Below, in pieces: positions 25,293 to 33,673 of a stretch of DNA of 64,000 nucleotides. This stretch comes from a virus. The stretch is from IMG/VR virus record IMGVR_UViG_3300032285_003393, positions 1 to 64,000 of that record, one strand, 5' to 3'. How positions within the stretch are numbered: the first letter of the stretch is position 1; every line of letters begins with the position of its first letter. A program made the position numbers and the translations under genes. Under the pieces are notes generated by a model, which searched no databases, was not told the origin of the DNA, and saw nothing but the letters and a program-made list of their open reading frames with translations.

Positions 25293-25764
25293 TTTTCTCC
25301 TTATGGGTAGGCCAGTAGTATTGGCATTTTTCACAACATGGTTTGTTGTATGGACTATCTAAAGAACCTGAAAACTCTGCATAGGCAATTGGATCTTTGC
25401 GATATAAATTAACTCTGTGAGTTACTATAGTACGGTTTTTTGATTCTTGATTTTTTCTAAATGCTGGCATACTATTGCCCCATTTTGACTTGAACTTAGA
25501 TTGTAGTTCTTTTAAGTTGGCTACGTTGTTGATAGTTTTAATACCACGCTTGTTGGCTTCTTCAACCATAGCCATAGTATAATTCCACAACTCATTCTCA
25601 GCACCTTCCCACATTAGCACTGCTGGGTGATTACGCCAAGCTTTGCCTTCAGTGGAAATAACTTTAAGAATTTGATAGCACTCTAGGATTTGTTTATTTA
25701 AACGTTTATTGTCAAGAACCTCTGCACACTTGGCAGGATTATTGAATGGTAGAAATGTTTGCAT
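25285..25764 (-). CDS. pyrimidine-dimer DNA glycosylase-like protein (MSMEG_6728 family)
   Basis: MQTFLP, LDNKRL.KQ..E..QIL, WRNHPAVLMW, YYWP. Confidence 0.85.
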   Translation of the reverse strand: MQTFLPFNNPAKCAEVLDNKRLNKQILECYQILKVISTEGKAWRNHPAVLMWEGAENELWNYTMAMVEEANKRGIKTINNVANLKELQSKFKSKWGNSMPAFRKNQESKNRTIVTHRVNLYRKDPIAYAEFSGSLDSPYNKPCCEKCQYYWPTHKEKNV

Positions 25765-25802
25765 ATGCCTATTATAGCAATATAGTATTTACTTTGTCAA
25801 GA

Positions 25803-26246
25803 CTATGCAATGGTTGTCTTTATTGTTGAAGACAACTGCCAGTTCCATTTTTGATGCATGGATTCTCTAATTTCTAGATCACTAGCAATACCAATTTGGC
25901 CTGCTTCTTCTGCAGCTTTATGTGCTTGTCTTAAATCATTAATTATAATTTCATTTGAGACTAAGAAACTTTCAATTTGATCTTTTGCATTTGCACCTGA
26001 ATAGATGCCATTAATTGCAGAATTCTGAATAAACTCTGTTAATTGAAATGGTGCAAGACTATTAAGCTTTCTTAACATTTCAGAGATATCATCAATTGAA
26101 CCATAAATATCTTCATAGACTTCTAACCACTTCTCATGCATTTCTGGGAATAACATTCCTTCTACATTCCAGTGATACCCGTGTGATTGAAAATATGTTA
26201 CAACTACATCTGCTTGTAGTTTTTTTAATGCTGTTACTAAATCCAT
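25803..26246 (-). CDS. dps: Dps/ferritin-like protein
   Basis: HGYHWNVEG..F...H....E.Y....D...E; H.K..W.L. Confidence 0.9.
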   Translation of the reverse strand: MDLVTALKKLQADVVVTYFQSHGYHWNVEGMLFPEMHEKWLEVYEDIYGSIDDISEMLRKLNSLAPFQLTEFIQNSAINGIYSGANAKDQIESFLVSNEIIINDLRQAHKAAEEAGQIGIASDLEIRESMHQKWNWQLSSTIKTTIA

Positions 26247-26403
26247 TTTATCTCCTACTTGCTTATTTTGGCGTAGCCAGTCTTTTTCTTATTCATACTT
26301 CCAGGCTTTTTTGTTCCTGGTTCCATCTTTGCTTGGCGGATTGCCAATGCTGCTTTAATTTTTTCTGTATTCTTCCCCATATACTTATTATACCATTTCT
26401 TTT

Positions 26404-26640
26404 TTAATTGCTAGACTGAGAGGGTTTTTCATTGATAGAATCCCGCTCATCTATGATTTCATATGATTGATTATCTAGTTTTGCTTGATATTTTTTATAA
26501 TGATGTCCACAAAATAACAATTCTCCAGCCAACATCTTTACCGAAACAAAAGCTTGAACACCACAAGCATCACAACGATCAATAACTTTTAATTGTCTTT
26601 CTTTAACTGCGGGAACTTCTTTTTCTTCTGTCAATGTCAT
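26404..26640 (-). CDS. small actinobacterial Zn-binding protein (DRCD.CG...LLFCGHH)
   Basis: ORF track; family motif. Confidence 0.75.
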   Translation of the reverse strand: MTLTEEKEVPAVKERQLKVIDRCDACGVQAFVSVKMLAGELLFCGHHYKKYQAKLDNQSYEIIDERDSINEKPSQSSN

Positions 26641-26699
26641 ATGTTTCCTTTGTTAGTAGTTATAGTACTATTATACAGTAAAGGATAAAAGATTACCAG

Positions 26700-27209
26700 T
26701 TACCCAACGTTATAGATTGTTAAGTTTGCAGAAGGTGAAGCTGGTCTTGTTGGATTTGTTCCTGCTGCTGTTGCAATAAGTGACATTCCTGTTGCTGCAG
26801 CCCACCAATGAAACTGAATATAATCTCCAGAATTAACTTGAATTGGAGCTTCAATGTTTGCAAGAACTTGTGAATTTTGAGCACTAGCAGTTGTAAATGT
26901 AAAAGCAGACGATGGTACATTTACTCCATTTTTAGAGTACCAAGTTGTAATATGATAATCACTTGTTCCACCAGTAAAGTTAAACTGACCCAAAAAATTA
27001 AAATTATAAGTTCCTGGATTTGTAAAAACAATTTTGCTTGCGTCTGTATCGTTTATTGACATGCCCTTACTTAAAGTTGTTATATCCCAAGTAATAATAT
27101 TGTCAGTTGTTGACCCACCATTTGCCATGCTTGTAGATCTTGCAAAGTTTCCATAATAAAGAACCTGAGCGGGCACTGGTGAAGTGTAAAATGAAATTGA
27201 TGTACTCAT
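26700..27209 (-). CDS. beta-sandwich (C1q/BclA-like) putative structural protein
   Basis: IVFTNPGTYNF...GDYIQF; T/S/N-rich. Confidence 0.6.
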   Translation of the reverse strand: MSTSISFYTSPVPAQVLYYGNFARSTSMANGGSTTDNIITWDITTLSKGMSINDTDASKIVFTNPGTYNFNFLGQFNFTGGTSDYHITTWYSKNGVNVPSSAFTFTTASAQNSQVLANIEAPIQVNSGDYIQFHWWAAATGMSLIATAAGTNPTRPASPSANLTIYNVG

Positions 27210-27210
27210 A

Positions 27211-27504
27211 TTAAAGCCTCTTTAGCCAAATAACTGCGACTTTAACTGCTTGTCCAGAATCACATACTGCATAAAGATCTTCATTTGGAAGAAGATCTCC
27301 AGAAAATACCCCGCCTGGCAACAACTGATATCCAAAGGAAGTTGTTGATACAGATGAAGAACCCAAATACACATTATAAAGTGCATCTAAATTTTGAACT
27401 GTAAGCGTAAGATGATATTCATCTTCTTGATTGGCTGGAACTGTCAACAAAGTTGGAGTTGTTGAATTTAATGTAAAGTTGTTATGCGATAAACCTAGTG
27501 TCAT
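27211..27504 (-). CDS. putative small structural protein
   Basis: VQN...VYLG...G..L.PG motif. Confidence 0.6.
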   Translation of the reverse strand: MTLGLSHNNFTLNSTTPTLLTVPANQEDEYHLTLTVQNLDALYNVYLGSSSVSTTSFGYQLLPGGVFSGDLLPNEDLYAVCDSGQAVKVAVIWLKRL

Positions 27505-27554
27505 TTAATTTCTCCTTTTAAGGTATTCCCTTTACTTATATTATACAGTAATTG

Positions 27555-27636
27555 TGCCCATAATCAGACTTGAACTGATACGATTTTATTCGGAAGATTT
27601 TAAGTCTTCTGTGTCTGCCGATTCCACCATACGGGC
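27555..27636 (-). tRNA. tRNA-Leu(TAA)
   Basis: GCCCGTA stem; GAAGA-CTTAAAA-TCTTC; long variable arm. Confidence 0.9.
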
Positions 27637-27637
27637 G

Positions 27638-27709
27638 TGTCCCCAGCAAGGATTGCACTTGCGACCCAATGGTTAAAAGCCATTTGCTCTACTTCTGAGC
27701 TATAGGGAC
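27638..27709 (-). tRNA. tRNA-Lys(TTT)
   Basis: AATGG-CTTTTAA-CCATT; atypical T-loop TGCAATC. Confidence 0.85.
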
Positions 27710-27719
27710 TTGCATATTG

Positions 27720-27790
27720 CTCTCTCGTCTAGATTTGAACTAAAACTAGAGGATTCAAAGTCCCCTGTGCTGCCATTACACCACGAGAGA
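27720..27790 (-). tRNA. tRNA-Gln(TTG)
   Basis: GGGGA-CTTTGAA-TCCTC. Confidence 0.9.
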
Positions 27791-27794
27791 ATAG

Positions 27795-27870
27795 CCTCCG
27801 TGACAGGGGTTGAACCTGCATGTATCCATTAACCTTTCAAGTGGGTAGAAACCACAGGGTATACACGGAG
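27795..27870 (-). tRNA. atypical D-arm-less tRNA-like RNA (TCT in loop, Arg-like)
   Basis: CTCCGTG/CACGGAG acceptor stem; GCAGG-TTCAACC-CCTGT T-arm; GTGG-TTTCTAC-CCAC; no D-arm. Confidence 0.6.
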
Positions 27871-27874
27871 AAAA

Positions 27875-28192
27875 TTATTTTATAAAAGATTTATATCTTT
27901 TAAAATTTCCTCTTTCCATTGTTCTTATTTTATGACAATTTGAACAAACTATCTCACATTTATTAATTTCTGACAAAATTAATACCCAAGATCTAGTACT
28001 CCCAGAAATTGCTTTTGCTATTTCAAATTTTTTTTCATACTGCGGTAAATGATCAAACTCTAAAACTCTTGGATCTTTGAGATTGCAATCAGTGCAACAT
28101 TTATCAGACAGATATTCCCAAAGATTATTATGGTTTCTATCTCTAATCTTTTGCTGACTTTTATACAGATCTTCTTTATTTTTATAAGGCAT
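27875..28192 (-). CDS. HNH endonuclease inside the tRNA array
   Basis: C.DC...LEFDH...KCEIVCSNCH. Confidence 0.85.
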   Translation of the reverse strand: MPYKNKEDLYKSQQKIRDRNHNNLWEYLSDKCCTDCNLKDPRVLEFDHLPQYEKKFEIAKAISGSTRSWVLILSEINKCEIVCSNCHKIRTMERGNFKRYKSFIK

Positions 28193-28233
28193 AAGGTTAG
28201 TATACCATATTCTAACCCTAAATCATTTTATAG

Positions 28234-28320
28234 CGGAAGATACAGGATTTGAACCTGTGGTAAGTTTTACCCTACGATCAGTTAGCAACCGATTGCTTTA
28301 AGCCACTCAGCCAATCTTCC
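28234..28320 (-). tRNA. tRNA-Ser(GCT)
   Basis: ATCGG-TTGCTAA-CTGAT; long variable arm. Confidence 0.9.
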
Positions 28321-28321
28321 A

Positions 28322-28396
28322 TGGAGCCTCGTATCCGATTTGAACGGATGACCCTCGCTTTACAAGAGCGATGCTCTACCACTGAGCTAACAAGGC
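28322..28396 (-). tRNA. tRNA-Thr(TGT)
   Basis: TCGCT-CTTGTAA-AGCGA; encoded CCA. Confidence 0.92.
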
Positions 28397-28397
28397 T

Positions 28398-28471
28398 TGG
28401 AGCGGATGATGGGAATTGAACCCACCCCTTCTGCTTGGAAGGCAGAGGCACTACCAATATGCAACATCCGC
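28398..28471 (-). tRNA. tRNA-Gly(TCC)
   Basis: TCTGC-CTTCCAA-GCAGA; encoded CCA. Confidence 0.92.
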
Positions 28472-28475
28472 ATTG

Positions 28476-28547
28476 CACCCCCAGAGAGAATTGAACTCTC
28501 TTCAACAAGATGAAAGCCTGTTATCCTAACCAATAGACGATGGGGGC
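28476..28547 (-). tRNA. tRNA-Glu(TTC)
   Basis: ACAGG-CTTTCAT-CTTGT. Confidence 0.9.
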
Positions 28548-28551
28548 ATAG

Positions 28552-28626
28552 TCCGACAGGCTGGATTTGAACCAGCGATACATACCTTATAAGAGTACTT
28601 CCAAAACCAAGCTAGGATACTGTCGG
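28552..28626 (-). tRNA. tRNA-Ile(TAT)
   Basis: CCGACAG/CTGTCGG stem; GTACT-CTTATAA-GGTAT. Confidence 0.8.
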
Positions 28627-28630
28627 TTAG

Positions 28631-28702
28631 CTCTCCTACCAAGATTTGAACTTAGAATAAGCGATTAACAGTCGCTTGTGTTGCCGATTACACCATAGGA
28701 GA
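28631..28702 (-). tRNA. tRNA-Asn(GTT)
   Basis: AGCGA-CTGTTAA-TCGCT. Confidence 0.9.
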
Positions 28703-28733
28703 ATATTTACTTTTTTATATTTATGTCAAATAA

Positions 28734-28852
28734 AAGGTACGGTAAGCAATTCCATCTGCACAGGCGTTGCTGTCTATTACACCGCAAACGCTATAGCCGA
28801 GTATGTGTATATGTAACTATAACATCCTAAGAAAGTGTTGCTTACCGTACTT
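28734..28852 (-). ncRNA. candidate ~120-nt structured RNA heading the tRNA operon
   Basis: 13-bp terminal stem GTACGGTAAGCAA/TTGCTTACCGTAC starting at the predicted TSS. Confidence 0.6.
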
Positions 28853-28857
28853 GTATT

Positions 28858-28887
28858 ATTATACTATGTGGTGATTTTTAATGTCAA
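28858..28887 (-). promoter_or_regulatory. sigmaA-type promoter TTGACA-18-TATAAT for the ncRNA/tRNA operon
   Basis: perfect hexamers. Confidence 0.8.
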
Positions 28888-29310
28888 TTACTTGATTTTA
28901 ATTGATTTTGGCTTTTTTTCTTCTGGAACAATTCTTTCAACTGTTACAGAAAGCATGCCATTTTCAAATTCAGCACTAGTAACTTCCATATACTCTCCAA
29001 GAGCAAATGAACGAGTGAATGAACGTGTAGCAATTCCTTTATGCTGGAATTCTGCTTCTTTCTTTTCTGTTTCACCCTTGACAATTAAATTACCATTGTC
29101 TACTGTTACTGAAATGTCTGACTTGTCAAATCCCGCCAATGCAAGTTCAACGATATATGTATCATCGTCTTCTTTAATTACATTATATGGTGGGTAATTG
29201 TCCTGTCTTGTGACATGTGACCAAGTGTTGATATTTGGGCCGAAGCCAATAAAAAAGGGATCATTGAAAAGCGAATTCCAAGTCCCGTTTGCTGTGTATG
29301 TGTGATTCAT
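28888..29310 (-). CDS. Hsp20 small heat-shock protein
   Basis: NYPPYNV, ELALAGF, HKGIATRSF.RSF.L, NGML. Confidence 0.95.
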   Translation of the reverse strand: MNHTYTANGTWNSLFNDPFFIGFGPNINTWSHVTRQDNYPPYNVIKEDDDTYIVELALAGFDKSDISVTVDNGNLIVKGETEKKEAEFQHKGIATRSFTRSFALGEYMEVTSAEFENGMLSVTVERIVPEEKKPKSIKIK

Positions 29311-29373
29311 ACTATTCTCCTTTTCTTTAAGCAAGTTAGTTTTGTTAGACCCCCATTTGGGCGGTCTGATACT

Positions 29374-29403
29374 ATTATATCAAATTTTATAGGGTTTTGT
29401 CAA
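29374..29403 (-). promoter_or_regulatory. sigmaA-type promoter for hsp20
   Basis: TTGACA-18-TATAAT. Confidence 0.75.
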
Positions 29404-30566
29404 GGCGTAGTGTTGTTTGAGGATCTATTCCCGTACCCCGCAGATGGCTGTCCATCATTCTCATATGTAGCTTTTGCTGGATAGTAAAATCTACTATCTT
29501 GCATTAATGTTCCATAATTTGTTCCAGATAAAGCTTCTCCTGAAGTAACAAATATTCCATCCCAAAAAGACATGGAAGGTTGATTGTTTTCAGCCATTGC
29601 TTTATTAATTTGAACAACATTACTTTCTTTAAATTCTTCAGGAGTTTTAGTTGTTCTAACTTCATCTCCTAATATATTAATCTCTTCATTCTTTAAACCT
29701 TCAAGTGCTTTTTCTGCTTCTTCTTTAGTTAAATAACAACCAATGCTTTGAGCAGTCCCACCTTTTAATATAGACCAGCCGTGTTGACAATCAGGCGTAG
29801 AAAATTCAATTGACCAATCTGATCCACCTGCAATAATGGTTTTATTTATTTTTTTTTTACTTTGAGGAACACAATTTGGAACTTCTTTGCCATTCTGATC
29901 TTTAGTTCCAATATATTCATATCCATCCCAGCAAGGTCCTTGACCTTTTACAAAACAATACAAGCACTTCTCTTCATCTGAAATGTAATGATGATCATTT
30001 CCTAAATCTTCGCAACCACATGTCATGCATTTTGCTACTTCATCACTCTTTTGTATTGGGGAAAATGCTCCATCCCATCCTTTATTAACTTTTTTTGCTC
30101 TATTTACAATTGCACGAGACCAGGAAAATCCTGCATCTCCGCCCCATGCAAGCCACATGATGTACCCATTAGAAGGGTCTGATTGACTTCCCCAGTTCTC
30201 ACCTTTTTTATCTACTTCATGGCGAGAAAAAAAAGAAAACATTCTCTTAACAGTATCAAGAGATAATGATTCTCCATTTACAAGTTGATGTGCTCTTGTC
30301 CAACCAACATTTGTTCCAGCACCAGCAGCCTTACCATCTTCTTTAAATTTAATTGCTTTACGAGCAGCAGCCTTCATACTTGATGTTGGCTTGTACCCAT
30401 CTTCAGATTTAATCATTTTTTCTTCCTTTGCATCTGGAACATTTGCATATAAAGCTCCTAGTTGAGCCTGTGCTTTAGACTTAGTTGGATGTGTTCCAAC
30501 CACCTTTCCAGTGTCCTGTGTTACTACTGAAAATTTGTCTCCGTGTTGAACTATTTTGTATGGCAT
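29400..30566 (-). CDS. modular phage protein, probably head-associated
   Basis: GT.VGW.RA.QL...TVKRM.SFFSRH...WGGDAG and GPCWDGY...VPNCVP modules. Confidence 0.7.
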   Translation of the reverse strand: MPYKIVQHGDKFSVVTQDTGKVVGTHPTKSKAQAQLGALYANVPDAKEEKMIKSEDGYKPTSSMKAAARKAIKFKEDGKAAGAGTNVGWTRAHQLVNGESLSLDTVKRMFSFFSRHEVDKKGENWGSQSDPSNGYIMWLAWGGDAGFSWSRAIVNRAKKVNKGWDGAFSPIQKSDEVAKCMTCGCEDLGNDHHYISDEEKCLYCFVKGQGPCWDGYEYIGTKDQNGKEVPNCVPQSKKKINKTIIAGGSDWSIEFSTPDCQHGWSILKGGTAQSIGCYLTKEEAEKALEGLKNEEINILGDEVRTTKTPEEFKESNVVQINKAMAENNQPSMSFWDGIFVTSGEALSGTNYGTLMQDSRFYYPAKATYENDGQPSAGYGNRSSNNTTP

Positions 30567-30578
30567 ATGCTTATTATA

Positions 30579-30860
30579 TCACTTTCTTATATGAAATTCA
30601 GAGCTACCTTTAGCTATTTCATTAATGATCTCATCGTCTGGAATATTTGGATCATTGTCTGAGTAAAGAGCCATTCTGGTCTTTTTGTTTTCTAGTCTTT
30701 GAGATGATTCTCCAAGTCCAATCATCAACATTACTGAAGGAATAACTATATCCAGAGGTAGGTCTGGAAAATGTTTATTTACATACATAACAAGAGCAGA
30801 TAAGTAACCTGCTATTCTTGCTGGATTTTTTCTAGTATATATTGCTATTCTGTTCCACAT
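30579..30860 (-). CDS. small membrane protein, possible holin
   Basis: two hydrophobic segments; close to the amidase. Confidence 0.45.
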   Translation of the reverse strand: MWNRIAIYTRKNPARIAGYLSALVMYVNKHFPDLPLDIVIPSVMLMIGLGESSQRLENKKTRMALYSDNDPNIPDDEIINEIAKGSSEFHIRK

Positions 30861-30886
30861 ATAGCAATTATACCATGTAAACTGGA

Positions 30887-31384
30887 TTACTTATACTTAT
30901 TGTACGCCAAAACCCAATTTGTTGCTATTGCCTTTTGAGCATCTTTTAAACTTATCTCTCCAGAACAAATTAACACTTTTAGCCTTGTTTCAATGACATC
31001 TTTTGTTCTAGCATTTAATCCAGCATAAGGTTGTGGGAATAAATTTTTGGGATCTGTTGGATTTCCGCCTAATTGTAAACTAATCAAATGATCTTCTTCA
31101 TAAGCAGATAAATCTGTTCCCCATTTTTTAGCAAAAGATTTATAAGTAGTTGCCAACTGATCTGTTTTTAATTTATTTGTATATGATGTTGATGGCCTGA
31201 CTGTACTAGTCCATCCAGATTTACATATAGTTGATTGAATGTTGCTTTGAGTAACTGCTGGGTTTATTGCACCTGGAGTATATTTTTTAATTGGTAAAAC
31301 CCAATCAAGTTGTGCTCCAGATGCACTTCCCATCATTGCAAGAATTGTTACAACTGCAAATAAAACTTTTTTACTTTGTTGCAC
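30887..31384 (-). CDS. secreted HNH-like protein
   Basis: signal peptide; YEEDHLISLQLGG.P..P.NL. Confidence 0.7.
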   Translation of the reverse strand: MQQSKKVLFAVVTILAMMGSASGAQLDWVLPIKKYTPGAINPAVTQSNIQSTICKSGWTSTVRPSTSYTNKLKTDQLATTYKSFAKKWGTDLSAYEEDHLISLQLGGNPTDPKNLFPQPYAGLNARTKDVIETRLKVLICSGEISLKDAQKAIATNWVLAYNKYK

Positions 31385-31913
31385 TTGTTACCAGCTTAAG
31401 ATACTTATCCCAAGGGAAGTTCTTGCCTGGATCTGTGTGTCCGCCTGCAATTTTCTTTGCAGCAGTAATATCATTATGTCCGCAAAAACCAGACTTACCA
31501 GCAAGAATATCCGCTGGAGAAAGTTTTACTGCTGGAATGTTGTACTTTTTTGCCAATTCTGCAGATAGTTTAGCACTTAGTTTAAGTTCTGCATTTGAAT
31601 ATGCATCATTCCATTGTGCTGTAGTTTGACTTGCCTGACCTGCATGTTCAATTGAAATGCTTGTTTGATTAAGTAAAGAGTCTGCAACTGCCCATGCTGT
31701 ATCTTCATCTTTAACTGATTGTAAAATTTCTTTATTATCAACCATATAGTGTGCTGATGCATGTGGAGCTGTCTTTCCTGCGAACCAATTCCAGACCTGA
31801 CGGGCTCTAGAAGGGGTCTCTGGGGTTTCCATAGTATGAATTACTATAAGCTTGATCTTTTTACCGCCACGGCCTTTTGTAAAGCTTTGAGCTTGATTGA
31901 ATGGATATGTCAT
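31371..31913 (-). CDS. N-acetylmuramoyl-L-alanine amidase (Amidase_2), endolysin
   Basis: IVIHT, ASAHY, AWA, SISIE, GH, HTDPG. Confidence 0.9.
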   Translation of the reverse strand: MTYPFNQAQSFTKGRGGKKIKLIVIHTMETPETPSRARQVWNWFAGKTAPHASAHYMVDNKEILQSVKDEDTAWAVADSLLNQTSISIEHAGQASQTTAQWNDAYSNAELKLSAKLSAELAKKYNIPAVKLSPADILAGKSGFCGHNDITAAKKIAGGHTDPGKNFPWDKYLKLVTSATK

Positions 31914-32194
31914 TTTTTAACCTTCCTTGTGTTAAATATATTAATATGTATTCTGCTTTTAAATGCTTTTAACTTGCTTTCTTCCCACCACTGCTTAATA
32001 TTGAATACATAAACTGCTATATATATAGTAGCACCAAATATAAATCCCCATTGTTTGGTTATAATGCTATACCAAACCCAAGCAATTTCTGATGCTACCC
32101 CGATGGCAAATCCCTGCCATTTTTTTTGACCAGTTATGTATAATCCAATTACCCCAATAATTGAAAGAACCCAAGACCAATAAACACTTTCCAT
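31910..32194 (-). CDS. PnuC-like small membrane protein
   Basis: paralog of 17021..17230. Confidence 0.6.
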   Translation of the reverse strand: MESVYWSWVLSIIGVIGLYITGQKKWQGFAIGVASEIAWVWYSIITKQWGFIFGATIYIAVYVFNIKQWWEESKLKAFKSRIHINIFNTRKVKK

Positions 32195-32210
32195 ATGCTT
32201 ATATTATACC

Positions 32211-32242
32211 AAAAGGGATGGTATTTTCATACCATCCCTTTT
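32211..32242. terminator. bidirectional intrinsic terminator
   Basis: AAAAGGGATGGTAT/ATACCATCCCTTTT. Confidence 0.75.
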
Positions 32243-32267
32243 GCGTTATTAAATTGTTATTAAGTTA

Positions 32268-33395
32268 TTACTTAATCAGTGCAACCTTAGACTTTGGATG
32301 AGCCTTGTTCCACTTTGTAGCAGCCTTGTTCCACTTTGTAGCAAGAGCATTATACTTTGCCTTATATGTTGCGTTAGCAGTTGCTAGTGCAAGGTCTGCT
32401 GCTGCCTTTGCAGTTGCTGCATCTGTTGATGCCTTTGCAAGTGCGTCTGCGAGTACCTTATCTGAAGCAATCTTTGCGTCTGCAAGTGCCTTATCTGAAG
32501 CAATCTTTGCGTCTGCAAGTGCCTTATCTGAAGCTGCCTTATCTGAAGCACGTCCTGCAACTTCTGCTGCAAGCTGTGCCTTGAGTCCAGTGATTTGTGC
32601 ATCAAGATCTGCAACTGGGAATGTAATCATTGCAGTTTTTACTGCTGCAGGCAAGCCTACTGCTGTATCTGCAATTGTTACATCTGTTGCAACAACTGTT
32701 ACATTTCCTGCTGAAACTGTAGCAAGTGTTGCTGATGCTGAGCCAAGTACTGTAACTGGAAGAACTCCTGGAAGAGAACTTACTGATGCAGTTGTCAACG
32801 ACTTTGTAACTGTATTGTCAGAGAACAATGCTCCGATAAGAGTTACAGCGATTGTTTCGCATGGAACTGCGTTACCAAAAACGTCAGTAGCAGAAACAGA
32901 GATTGTTGGTGCAGTATTTACTGCAACAGAGCCTGGGACAGAAGCAATAACTTTTGCTGCTGGTCCAGCAGTACCCTTAATATAAACAATTGTTGAATAT
33001 GCACCATTAACAATGGTTACAGATCCAGTTGATGTAGAAGTTGTATATGCATATACAGTGATTGCAGTTCCAGCAGATACTGCTGAAAGTGCTGATGCAC
33101 CACTTGTAACATTCTTTGGTGAATCTACTGTATTAAGAGCAGCAACCAATTTTACTGTTGACGAAGCGGTAAAAGACACTGATGTGCCTGTATCTGCAGT
33201 TGCTGCAAGTGCCACTGAGTGACCTGCATCAATTACATTTAGTGATGGAACTGCGACTGTAGCAGGTGCTACAGCAGTAGTTGCATTTGCTCCACCCGAT
33301 ACTGTGACTGCAAGTGATGCAGCGTTAGCTGATGTAGCGACAATAGAAGTTCCTGCAATAAGTGCAGCAACTAGGATTGATAGTTTCTTTTTCAT
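32268..33395 (-). CDS. secreted/surface Ala-Thr-Val-rich protein with Ig-like region and coiled-coil tail
   Basis: signal peptide; ATDVFGNAV; SDKALADAKIA repeats. Confidence 0.75.
   Translation of the reverse strand: MKKKLSILVAALIAGTSIVATSANAASLAVTVSGGANATTAVAPATVAVPSLNVIDAGHSVALAATADTGTSVSFTASSTVKLVAALNTVDSPKNVTSGASALSAVSAGTAITVYAYTTSTSTGSVTIVNGAYSTIVYIKGTAGPAAKVIASVPGSVAVNTAPTISVSATDVFGNAVPCETIAVTLIGALFSDNTVTKSLTTASVSSLPGVLPVTVLGSASATLATVSAGNVTVVATDVTIADTAVGLPAAVKTAMITFPVADLDAQITGLKAQLAAEVAGRASDKAASDKALADAKIASDKALADAKIASDKVLADALAKASTDAATAKAAADLALATANATYKAKYNALATKWNKAATKWNKAHPKSKVALIK
32443..32549. repeat. 33-bp tandem repeat (SDKALADAKIA, about 3 copies)
   Basis: CCTTATCTGAAGCAATCTTTGCGTCTGCAAGTG repeated. 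Confidence 0.85.
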
Positions 33396-33416
33396 GTTTT
33401 CCTTTTCTTTGTTAGG

Positions 33417-33665
33417 TTATTTTCCTAGGTTTTTACCTAATAGTTTAGGCAAATCTAATAAACTCTTGTTTAGAGAGTCTAACTCTTTTTTAAGTTTTGA
33501 GTTTTCCTGTCTCAATTCTGAGGCAATATACTCTATTCTATCACATTGTATTTGTTTTGTCTCTAGGGCATCCATGTACCAGCTTAATTTTTGCTGAGAA
33601 TCATGGTATAAAGACTCATAATCTATTTCAGTTTTATTACTGAATAGTAACTTAAACCATTTCAT
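33417..33665 (-). CDS. coiled-coil hypothetical protein
   Basis: ORF track. Confidence 0.65.
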   Translation of the reverse strand: MKWFKLLFSNKTEIDYESLYHDSQQKLSWYMDALETKQIQCDRIEYIASELRQENSKLKKELDSLNKSLLDLPKLLGKNLGK

Positions 33666-33673
33666 CTTATTCC

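Noticed and set aside
27633-27641. GGCGTGTC match in the tRNA array
   Set aside because: Formed by the junction of tRNA-Leu and tRNA-Lys; a chance match to the cassette motif.
27795-27870. Amber suppressor (CTA) reading of the atypical tRNA, implying stop-codon recoding
   Set aside because: The 7-nt loop TTTCTAC centres on TCT, and long genes (dnaE, terL, tail) are intact in the standard code, with TAG used as a normal stop.
28278-28508. 76-aa ORF in the tRNA array
   Set aside because: It consists entirely of tRNA-Ser, Thr, Gly and Glu sequence.
32305-33597. Long + strand ORFs (32305..32985, 33013..33222, 33304..33597)
   Set aside because: Antisense shadows of the Ala-rich minus-strand gene; no RBS or domain signal.
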